DNA from: Podarcis melisellensis
Lineage: Eukaryota
Assembly (NCBI GenBank): GCA_964234715.1
Contig: OZ174286.1
Reading direction: 5' to 3' (one strand)
Length of the DNA: 64,000 nucleotides
Shown: positions 1 through 11,700 of the stretch, in pieces
How positions within the stretch are numbered: position 1 is the stretch's first letter
How the letters are laid out: the number at the start of each line of letters is the position of its first letter
Notes under the pieces: generated by a model
Databases searched by the model: none
Told to the model about the DNA's origin: nothing
Seen by the model: only the letters and a program-made list of their open reading frames with translations
Translations under genes and position numbers: made by a program

Positions 1-1956
1 TCCCTGACAAAGTAGAAGAGCAAATCTCTCACCCATTATTCCTACTTTGTTCCTTTAGTATGTAGAGTTTGGGGGGCACTTGGTATTAACAACAACCTTG
101 CTGAGCCCCCTTCTGCACCTTCCAAGGGAGCAGCAGTAATAGTTGAACCAAAGCCTTCTGTGAAATCACTCCCAATTCCTAGTCCTTTCAAAACCGTAAC
201 CAAGGCTGAATATAACTCCCCTTCATTAGTCTGTTTCTATGACTGACAAATTTGGTAACTTAGTTTGAATTTATGGACATGCTGAAGCTTCCAGCCATTG
301 ACACACTGGTTTCTTAATTCAATGCCTAAATGAATTTCTCCTGCCTAAATATGAGGATGCCCAACTTCTACTGAGAGGAGGCTGGACTTAACCATGTATA
401 CTTCTTGCTCTGCTTCTATGTTAACTTGAGCTTCCCTAATATGGCTGGATGACCTCCTTGGCAATCCTCATCAGGACCAGCCCCTCCTCAAGATATTCAG
501 AGCAACAGCTTTTTGTGGATGATGCCACACTTGGCAGCACACAATTTGCAGCTCACTCTCTGGTGTCAGAAGGAGAACCTATGGTTGAAGCACTGGGATG
601 CTCATACCACAGCTAGAGTTGACTTATAGGGCAAATTTTCAGGGAATATGCCCTTAAAGATGGCTTAGTTAAATCTTGCAACAGAAGGAGGTTCTTGTCT
701 TTTCTTGCCTGGAGAGCTATTTCTTTTGTTGTTTTCCTTCATATGACTTTCCTGGCTTTTGTCCACAGGGCATGGCTTCAATACCCAACCACTCTTGCTG
801 AAACTAATCTTACTGCTCTGCAAGGCCCCAGCAAGATCCTAACTCTGGTCGAGGGTAGACCCCCTCTAAAGGGAGTCACAGCAATGATGCTAGTCTGCAT
901 CCAGTGGGAGGCAGTCTTCAGTCTTCAAATGTCTGAAAAGCCCAAGACCTTGGACAGATGGGTACTCAACTTCAGGGCTACAGGATTTATTTTCTAGCCC
1001 ATCGCCAACACATTGCTTTATACAATCTCTGGTTTCCAAATGACCAAAGAAGGAATGCCACCCAGCACCTTCGGAACATGGCAGGAATTGAGCCAGTTAC
1101 TCCAGGGGGAGTCCTTCTTCAACATCTACTCCATTCTTAATGGTGCTGAAGTCTCTAAGGCAGCTACACAAGCATCACCTAGCTCCTTTACTAGAAACTA
1201 CAGAATTGACCCATAAATCGTAGACCCTGCCCAACATAGGGAAGCTTGATATCACCCCTAAATCTAATAAATAACTACATAAATAAAAATAAAGATGACC
1301 TTCTACAGCAACGCAAGAGAGAATTGCTGGTTCCTGTGTGAATGGTAACTCTGTGTTGCTGGCAAAGGTCATGAGACCTCACCCTAGTTTCTTGACCACT
1401 TCATTTAAGTTACCTAGTTTTTAAATTTTCTGAAAAAATATGTAAAATGTTTACAATTCTAGTTCCTTATTATTAGGGCATTTTCTTCCTCTTTTTGTGT
1501 TTTGTCTTGTCCAGCTGATTTGTTTGAGCTTGATAAGGATGCAAATCAGATTCTGGAAGCTGCCTGCTTCCATCAAATTCTCTTTCCTGCCTTCAACTAC
1601 AAGGTGGTGCCTACAGAACTGCCATTCAGATAAGAACTAATGGTTCTTTATCACAGCTAAATGTCACTCTGCATCTCATATAATTCAAGTAGCAGAGAAG
1701 CATGTAAAACATTTTAAAAAGCTATTAATTGCTTTTTTGTGTTAATTTTTTTATTGATTTGTTTCAAAAGAAAAGTGCAAACATAACCAAAATAAAGAAA
1801 ACATAGAATCAAAAATGTAAACCATAAAGCATCACAGTCTATAAGGACAAACGTACAAAGATATAACACATATTCAAAGGGATAATAAAGTATTAACTCA
1901 TACAAAGGTTCCCATTGCAAATAATAAAAATATATAAAAGTATTCTCCACCATTGA

Positions 1957-2374
1957 TGTCAGGACTGGTCGTTGTCCTCTTCAGATCACCACACAAACGC
2001 TTCTTGTTCTTTTATAACTTTTTATTGTGTATTAACAAAATAATCTTATAAACAGTTCTTAACTATTATTCCTCAGAGTCACTTATTTCAGATACCTTCT
2101 GAGCTCTGCTTCTCCGTGACCAGCCACCCTCAAAATGGCGAGGCGCCTTTCCCTTTGTTTTCCTGCTCTTTTTTCTAACCTCCTGGCTAGAGCTGGCCTG
2201 TATCTCCCCTCCTCCGAATCTGAGCTAGAACTTAACCCTTGCCTTTCCTGTGAACAGCCGGTCCCTCCCTGTTGTTCCTCTTGCTCTCTTCTGTTAGATT
2301 CACTGCTCTCCTTCCCCCCTTGGCAGATGCTTTCTCCCTCTGAGAAACTGGAAACTCCTAACTCTTCCCTGACA
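1957..2374 (-). mobile_element. Solo LTR (418 bp)
   Basis: Termini TGTCAGG...CCTGACA; exact 5-bp TSD ATTGA (1952-1956, 2375-2379); minus-strand AATAAA at 2021-2026. Confidence 0.85.
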
Positions 2375-2627
2375 ATTGAGTTCTATAATTATTAAGCATA
2401 AAGGTTCTATATAGGTTAACGTGAGCCAGACATTTGCATATCCTCAGGGCACTGAGTGACCATGTGCCTCAATAGTTGTATAAGAAATAAAATAATGTCA
2501 TATATTTTAAAGAAACCATTCATTTGAGCTCTGTTCTTTAGATAGATGCTTTTAGTTTGTGAGAGATATTTTCAAGAAAGGCAATTTGCCAAACTACAGC
2601 TAATATTTGTAAAATATTTCTTTGTAG

Positions 2628-2747
2628 AGATGGCTTTGAAACAACTATATGACAAAAAGAAAGTGTTTTTGGAAAATCTGAGAACAAATTTTAGAGAACT
2701 GCAAGAAGCCCAGGTTCTTGCAGCTGCCGAGCCAGGTGGTATCAGTG
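2628..2747 (+). CDS. CCDC7-like exon a (120 nt, phase 1-1): MALKQLYDKKKVFLENLRTNFRELQEAQVLAAAEPGGIS
   Basis: tttgtag / gtaagt. Confidence 0.85.
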
Positions 2748-5700
2748 GTAAGTATTTTACTGGGCAATCCAAGTCATGGGAATGTGTCAAACAGCTCAGC
2801 TGCCAGTGATCCACCAACATAATAACCACAGCATCCAAACAGCATTTGGTGGAGTAGTCACTAGCACAATATGCCTATGACTGTATGATATCCACATGCT
2901 GCTCTCTGTTGCTTCTGCTCAGCCTCCAGCCAACTCTGCCCCTCCAGTCCACCCTCTCATTACTGTTGTAACTTTCTATTTATTCTCTGCACACTTCCTT
3001 CCTGCCCAGTATACTGCCAAAACACTCCTCTCTCTACCACTACTATGTCCTGGCAACCACTACTGCACACAGGCACTGTTGTCGGAGTCCATTATCGTCC
3101 TTGTCACTCCTTGAACTTTGACTCCTACTTGTTTGCTGTCTGGTTCCCCACCCTTTGGTCACCCCAAGTTGAGCTACCCTTCCACTGGTGTTGTGCCAGG
3201 CAGCCTAACCTCAACTGCTGAGCCAAGGTTTCTCTCCCTCCCTTGCTGCCTGTGAACCTTCCCATCCCTGAGTTAAGCCATGAGAACAAGTGATTGATGT
3301 TTTGGTATTTTTTCAAATTGAACTGAATAAAGGTTGCAACACAAGTATTGTGCAACAACCACCTCCCATGTTCACTTACTCCACAAAGAGAAGCAGATAC
3401 TAGTGTGCTCCCAATTGTACATTGGCAACGGAAAGTAGGTTTCCATTCTACTATCCATCAGCTGGTATGTAGGACCTTGGATCTAAGTAATCCTTTCTGG
3501 CAATAGTTCAATAATTCTCTGTGTGGCTTACAGTTCCTTTTACTGCACAGTTACCACTATACTTTTCTCATCTGTTATGCCTAATGCCTAAATTATTCAA
3601 TCTATAATCTACATCCTTTTCAAAAAATACTGTGTGACGGTTAAAGAGTAAAAATACTTATATTCAAAAGGCAAAAACTACATTTTGGTATATCTCATCT
3701 TTTATGTTAGTGTAAAATAAATGCATTTTGAGTTATGTTATATTCCTTTTTGTAGAGCTAAAGGTACAAGAGCTCATTCAGCAAAGAAGACTTTTGACTG
3801 CAGGTTTAGATGCAATTATGCAAAGCATGAAAGAGATAGAAAATCTTATTGCAGGCAATGTGGAAGTAGCAAAACCCAGTGGTGAGTATGAAATTTAAAA
3901 AAGTCATCAGACATGCAATACTTCAGAATTCTATTTTCACCTAAGTAGTGTGTGATAGAATGATGTGCTCAAAAATGTTCATCTCAGCTCCATACTGGCA
4001 AAGCTCTCTGATATGGACAGGGCCAGTTGCACTCCATGAGGGCTGTTGCTTCTTTCACTGCATTCCTCCATGGAATCTTGTTGCCAGACTTCTGACATAG
4101 TTACAGCCCTTGACATCTGCCCACCATTACCAGTGGACACTTCCAATAAAACTGTGCTCAGCTCTATAGTCTTAACAGCAGTGCTAATTCCAGTAAGTTT
4201 GCTAGTCTATCCATATGTGTGAATGTACAGAGACCATGAATAAGAACAGGGTGACTGCCTGCAGTTGTAGTTCTGCAGTTGTTTGTGCAAACACACAACT
4301 CCTTCCCTCCTTCCCCACTGCAGATATTTAGTGTGCTTGAAGTTTATCATATGACTATTTTATAGGGCCACTATATTGGTCAAGAATTTGAGCTGTACCC
4401 CTGTTGCATCTGCATGGAAGGACATCTACTAAAAATCTAGTTTAGCAATCTTCCCAAATGCACAGAGTGCATGTGTGTATACAAACGACAACCTGTTACT
4501 ATTTATCTTTGTAGAAATTGAATTAGAGAAAATATATGAGAAAAGAACATTGCTTTTGGAAAACATGGAATTAAATCTGCAAGAGCTGAAAGACCTTGCA
4601 AAAGGTGGTGTAAGTGGTAAGTAAAGTGTTAAATTTTAGTATGTTGTGCATTCCTGCTATTGGGCATAGCTTGGGCACCTGCCACCCAATCAATAAAAAT
4701 CAATACAAATCTGAGGTTCTGCCTCCCCTAACAAAAGCCTGCCCCCACAACAAAAATCCTGGCTATGCCCATGTTCTGAGAGTTATAACCAGAGCAAATG
4801 TGAGACAGAAGTTGTGTATTCCTGCTCCGTAGAACTCTTTGTGTTTGAAGCCATATACATGTGACATTCACTGCAATTCATATCTATCCTGTAGAGCCTT
4901 TAGAAATACTGCTGTTTGATGCATTTTCCTTTAAACCAGTTTTCATAAAATGCACTTCTCAGTTAAACTGAGGTGTGTACATTTAAGACAGTCTGTTGAG
5001 TAGGCAATCTGGTACTGTGGTATTGATGCTATTGAGTACCACTTCCTAAGATAATGTTATTTTTTATTAATAATCTTTATTAATTTTCATGTTGTATGTC
5101 CAAACAAATGCTATAAAGAAAGAAAAATATGACCAATAACAGAAAAAGGACAATTGATCTTACTTGAATAGTAGATTTATTAGGTGGATGATAGGGTATT
5201 TGGATTAGGCTGTTCCTCTTGCATGAGACTCAGGCAGGATCAAAGTATTGTGGGAGGTTTTTCAGACTTCAGTTTTTTGGACTTGCCAAAAGCAGGAGCA
5301 TTTTCAGAAGAATCTAAAAACCAATTAAACATACGGCCTACATGGGTAGATCTTACTGATAACCCTTGAAAACCATGGCTCTTTGAATGGGAGGAATAAC
5401 TTGAAAGATTGTGAGAAGCAATAGATGACCACGCTGGGTTTAGATGCTTTGTCTTTTGTTTTACTTTCTTATGCGTAAAACTACTCAACCTCAGATATGC
5501 AGATGATACAACCTTGATGGCAGAAAGTGAAAAGGAATTAAAGAACCTTTTAATGAGGGTGAAAGAAGAGAGCGCAAAATATGGTCTGAAGCTCACCATC
5601 AAAAAACGAAGATCATGGCCACTGGGCCCATCACCTCCTGGCAAATAGAAGGGGAAGGAATGGAGGCAGTGAGAGATTTTACTTTCTTGGGCTCCATGAT

Positions 5701-8700
5701 CACTGCAGATGGTGACAACAGCCACAAAATTAAAAGACGCCTGCTCCTTGGGAGAAAGGCAATGGCAAACCTAGACAGCATCCTAAAAAGCAGAGACATC
5801 ACCTTGCCAACCAAGGTACGTATAGTTAAAGCCATGGTTTTCCCAATAGTGATGTATGGAAGTGAGAGCTGGACCATAAAGAAGGCTGATCGCCAAAGAA
5901 TTGATGCTTTTGAATTATGGTCTGGAGGAGACTCTTGAGAGTCCTATGGACTGCAAGAAGATCAAACGCATCCATTCTTAAGGAAATCAGCCCTGAGTGG
6001 TCACTGGAAGGACAGATTGTGCAGCTGAGGCTCCAATACTTTGGCCACCTCATGAGAAGAGAAGACTCCCTGGAAAAGACCCTGATGTTGGGAAAGATGG
6101 AGGGCACAAGGAGAAGGGGACAACAGAGGACGCGATGGTTGGACAGTGTTCTCGAAGCCACAAAACATGAGTCTGACCAAACTGCGGGAGGCAGTGGAAG
6201 ACAGGAATGCCTGGTGTGCTCTGGTCCATGGGGTCACAAAGAGTTGGACACGACTAAACGACTAAACAACAACAACAACTCAAGCCTTGCAGAAACTCTT
6301 GAGGAAACCATGAAGATTTTCCATTTGCCGTGAAAGCAGACTGCGGGAGGGAAATAAGCAGCTGAAGGGCACTGTTGATTTCAATATTACTGTTGGCAAG
6401 ATGTGCTGCAATAGTCCTTTGTGCCGCTGAAATGGACAGGACTCACTGACATCTCTCCTTTCCGCCACTGCTGCGGACAGGAGGAAGATGATTTAATGCT
6501 GTGTTTTCTGTTGACTTCTTTTTTTCCCAACCAGCAAAATCACAGTTGTTGAAGTAAAGCCGGTGTGCTGAATAAAAGGTCCAAAGGATGCTGAGGCAAA
6601 CACGCAGAGCGGCTGTTAGTTGACAAAGCGCATGGTTGTTGCATCAGGCAGCCCACGCCGCAAAAATCATTAACGAAAATGATCCAACCACTGAAACAGC
6701 AGCAACAAGAACATAAAAAACAAGAAAGGAACGAAGTAAAAAATAGAAGTAAAGCAACTGAACACAGAATAGCGAAAGACCTGTAGCAAGGAGAAAGAGT
6801 GTTTTGTTTTAACCTTGACGGAGGACACGTAAAAATTGTGGGATGTCTACCTCCCACAGTTCTTTGCTCCTCTCTGAGTCTCGTGCAGGAGGAACAGCCC
6901 AGTCTGAATACTTCATCACCCACTGTCATAAATGGAACAAATCAAGACAATGTTATTTTAAATTGTGTTTTGTTACATTTTTATTGATTTTTCTACATAC
7001 TCTTCATAAAGTCTCACATATAGCATGTACAGGACAACATTGCACAACCTTTAGAGATTTAGACAGCACTCTAGCCTATGTCTTCAAGCAGCTCATATAT
7101 ATTTATTTATATGGGCTTACCGCATCCAATTGCTTTTGATGCATAAAATCTTTGGCAATCTGTCATTTGGGTACTAATGATTTCTGTCCACCTCTTCTAT
7201 TAGATACTAAAATGAATTTGTACAATGTGGCTGGTAAAACTATTCTGCAGCTATCTGGGCACATGGCATTTAAATTTAGTCTCTTTCAGTGCAACGTGCC
7301 CTCTGTAACAGCACTGTTTTTTAAGTTTACTTTTGTAGAGAACAGTTCTAAAAATGTAATTAGTAACTATCTTTTATCCAGAGAAGAAAATACAGGTGAT
7401 AAGTGAGAAAAGAAACCGTTTGGTTTCTAGTTTTGAGGCAATTCTTCAAAATATGGAAGAAGCACTTAGGTTAGACCAAGGAGCAAGGACAAGACCTGAT
7501 GGTAAGTCCAAAACAAAATTCCATGGAAATGGTGCTTCAGAGACACTGTCACAATAACTTCTGATTGCAGTTTGCTTCCAACCTAGAGCATTTTGTTCTA
7601 CAATACCTTTTCTGAGGATAATGTTTATTGACAGTAAATGCTGTTGTCTCTTGATTTTACTGTTTTATCTTTCGTAAATCATTTTGAGGGTTTTTTTTAC
7701 AAGCGAGCAGGGTATAAATCTTTATTAAATATATAAATAAATACATAAATAAATATCTCTATCCTCACAATGAGAACACAATCCTGTTTTCATGCAAAAC
7801 CAACTGAAAGGATTACAGGTTGCAGTGGCGTAGCGTGGGGGGTGCAGGGGGGGCCGGCCGCACCGGGCGCAACATCTGGGGGTTAGGGTAAGGGGGCGCA
7901 AATCCACGGGTTAGGGGGCGCAAATTACTTGCCTTGCCCCAGGTGCTGACAACCCACGCTACGCCACTGACAGGTTGCATTTTCTGCTGTTCTTTTCTAT
8001 AGCTCTGAAAAATGCCAAATAGGACCTGCCACTTTATTCCATCCTGCTATTTCAGAATTCTATTTGCTACAGAATCTCAATGTTGTATGATTCCAGTTTT
8101 AAAGGAAATAATAAATATTAATAAATATTGCTTTCTGTTATTGAATATAACCATTTTTACATTTCCTAGAGAGAAATATAAGTGATCTCATAGAACTTTC
8201 CAATCTAGAATCAAAACTGGATGAGATGGAAAATTTAGGAGTTTTTTCAGGCTTTCAACTGGATACTATAAGTGAGTAAAGAATTAACACCTTGTATATA
8301 CAGTAGCATGTATTCCAAACTGGATTTAGGCTGAGGTTTGCCTTTTTTAAAAAACAACTGGTCTATAAAGAACACAATATAATTTCCTTAGTAGATAAAT
8401 GCAAAAACCACTATTATATATAACAAAACATCTTTAAAGACATTTTTTTTCTTCATTTAGTTCATTAACATCTATTTTATTTTGTTAGGGAAAAAAATGT
8501 GCAAACTAAAAGAACAAAAAAAGAAATTGATTAGTAAATGGGAAAAATATTTTCTAGAAGAGTATCCAGAAGGATATATACCTGAACGTAAGTACAAATA
8601 TGATTATATTATTGGGTTATTGGCAATTTTAATGTCTTATAATTAATTCCTGTCAAGTATTTTTGTTCACCTGTGAATGTTAGTCAAGAAACAGAATTTT

Positions 8701-11700
8701 AAATGCATTATAAACATGCAACACCAAATGACGCCAAAGGGTATTTTTCTTTTGTTATAACAATTTAATTTTTTGACTTATTTATAGTGTTTTTTCCTGT
8801 GTGTAGATCCACCTCTGGTCAATAATATTCTGCTTCTTCAGGTGTATCTGAAGAAGTGTGCATGCACACGAAAGCTCATACCAAATTCTGCTTCTTGTAA
8901 GCCAAGGATGGGGAACCTCCAGCCCACCAGGTATTTCTGGACTGCAGATCCCCATCATCCATGACAATTGGCTATGCTGATTAGGGCTGATAGGAGATAT
9001 AATCCTACCACCTTTGGAGGGCCACAGGTTTTCTCATTCCTGTTGTAATCATTCTTTTCCATCCTCTTTCCAACCTAGTTTACTGTAACTGTACTAAAAA
9101 TGTTCAGTGCTGTCTTTCTAGAAAAAGAGGTTCTGGAACTCACCATGAACACATCCCTTGTTCCATTATAATGACAATGGCACCCATCTGAGAGGTGCTG
9201 GAACTGAGTTCCAATGAGTTCTAGCTGAAAAAAGCCCTGAGAATGTTCAACACAACTACACATGTCTTCAACTTTGGGGCATTGCCTTTTTTAATTCCCT
9301 GCTACCAGCTTGCAGATATAACATGTAAATGTATTGTGATAGAAGGTGAGCTATCGTGATTTACTAATCATTATTACCTGTTAGTTTTTCTTCCCTTCCT
9401 TACCATGCTTCCAGCTGCTTACTACCTCCTCGCTGCCATGGGGAAGCCCCACCCCATAGCTTCTCATAGTAACTGTATCTTGGGATTCCTTTGAAGCAGC
9501 TCTCTTCAGCATTCCCTCTCCTACCTCCTTGTGCTGACTTACCTGATGGAATGCACACATTCACCATAACTTCTGTAAGTTAATAGGTGCCAGGTGAAAG
9601 CACTCCTCTTCTCTCAGGCCTTTGGGCAAATTAAACTATCTGCGGCTTTTAAATGTGTGTGGGGGGGTATTGTTTGGTTTGCATTTTTGTGGTTTTACAC
9701 TGTACACCAGGGTGTATGGGATGTTAGGGGAGGGGTAGTACCTTTGGTAGGGGAATCATCGTGCTCCTTCTGGGGTAGTTTGACCACCTTTGTCCCCCAC
9801 CCTGCACTCAGCTCTCACCTGTGGCTCATAGAAGCTGTCAGCATGCAACAGCAGCCACACCCTGGGAAGGGCTTTGACTGGCTGGCTAAACCAGATGAGA
9901 GTAGTAAATGGCCTCAAACCATTGTTGAATTAGGAACTTTCCATGCATGTGAAGGCAGGCTCTTGTGGATTGAGTAGTTGAGACCAATTGTGGATACAAC
10001 AGTCAAGAAAGCAGCTTCTGCACAAGCTGTAGAGGGAAGTGAGGAGCAGGTGGGGCTCATCAACTTGGGAAAGTAGCCCATCTAGGAGAAGGAAAACTCT
10101 GATCCTAAACCTCTACTGCCTTCCAGGATATATTTGGGAGAAGAAACAGCTAAGGAGTAAACCTTACACAAATCAGGAGTGTAGGCTCTAAGATGGTTGG
10201 ATGGTGCCTTGTATGCCTTCTTCTGGCAGCTCCTGCTGCCCAGCTGGTGCCAAACACATTGCTCTGCTTTCCTTTAGACCACATCAGTGAGGCTGAGAGG
10301 AAGGTTTTGTCACCTGGGCAGCCTAGGACCGCCATGCACACTGCCCAGGTTTGAGCATTGGGAAGGTCACTTCAGAGCTGCTAATGCAGTAATTTGACTT
10401 CACCTCTGGAGATGCACTCCACTGTCTCTTGAGACAAATGGGTGCCAGCAATACTGTAAGCCACTGTGTGATCCTTGGACAAATGATTGTATGTAAATTT
10501 AATAAATAAAATAATAAATAAAAATACTTACCTTACACAAAAGTACTGTGCCTTCCCCGAAAAGCTATATCCTTCCTGACGTTCAAAACCTCTTCATTCT
10601 TTTATCTTTATTTTCAAAGGCCCAGTCTACATATTACATCTATCACAGAGAAATGTCAACAGATGATGGTGATAAGTTGTTAACGTATACAAAACACCAT
10701 TAATGTTGAAGGTGTTTTACAGAGTACAAAAGGTCACATGCCTACCACAATGGCATCACAATCTAAAATTCAACATGGAATACAAATGAAGAAGGGAGGA
10801 GGGAGTGGAGATGGGAGAAACATGGGAAGAATGTGTCATTATAGTAGTTACATGTAATTAGACTTAGTTACAGCATGGTATGTGAACTAGGGCAACCTCA
10901 TGGATACAGTGGCAGTTGAGGATAGGTTTTAGGTCAAAAGATTGGTTCTGGGAGGCAATTCTAGACATATGGCACAGCATGTGAGAAAAGTCAAAATTGT
11001 TTAAGAGAGCAGGGAACCTTTGGATAATTGAGAGTGGAGAAGCTCTGTAGCACTGGTGAACATGTACTACTTTCTCATCACATGGAGTGCCTCTGTGGCA
11101 GTGCCTTATGCTTTTGGATGGGATGGCACTGGCACAAAGTTTTATTTATTTATGATTAGTATTTGTTTAATTTATATCCCACTCTTCCTCCCCAAAGGAG
11201 CCCAAGGCTCTTGCCTCATGTGAAGTTAAATTAAATTTTCCACTAAAGGTTTGCTTTTGTTTTTGAAGCCACCAAAAAAGACAAAACACCCAAAGGATTA
11301 GCTGGAAAAGGTTTGTTCTCATATTTGCGATCAAGTATCAAAGATCTGCAAGAACAAGGCATTATTCGGCAAGATAGCATGTCTGGTAAGTATTGTAGTC
11401 AAACTTTCTGTGTTTCTTTGAGTTTTCTGAACAGATAGACTAGGGCAGGCTAGGGCTAGACTAGGGCAGATAGACTAGGGCAGTGCATGGGTTGCATTAA
11501 AGCTCCAAAGAGCTTTTGTGGTCCTTCTATAATGCTGACAAAATTTGTCATTTTAAATAATAAAAATAGTTGTTGCAGTTGTTAAAAAAAAAATCTTCTT
11601 ATTGCGTCTACGGGATCCCAGCTGTGATGCCAGCCTTCAGAGGGCTCTCAGCACCAATAGGCCACTCTGCTATCACATGGGCACACGCAAGCCACCTCAT

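Noticed and set aside
1-1440. Possible decayed retroelement coding region on the minus strand
   Set aside because: All frames are interrupted and I found no diagnostic gag, RT or integrase motif
7333-7406. Upstream acceptor tttgtag|AG, 43 nt before exon d
   Set aside because: Out of frame; reaches TGA at 7404-7406
10620-10668. Candidate extra exon after a good polypyrimidine tract
   Set aside because: The phase-1 frame hits TGA, the donor (gtgata) is poor, and the exon chain is complete without it
11431-11483. Short repeats (agactagggc)n resembling a repeat array
   Set aside because: Simple slippage tandem repeat with no unique spacers; vertebrate DNA, no CRISPR context
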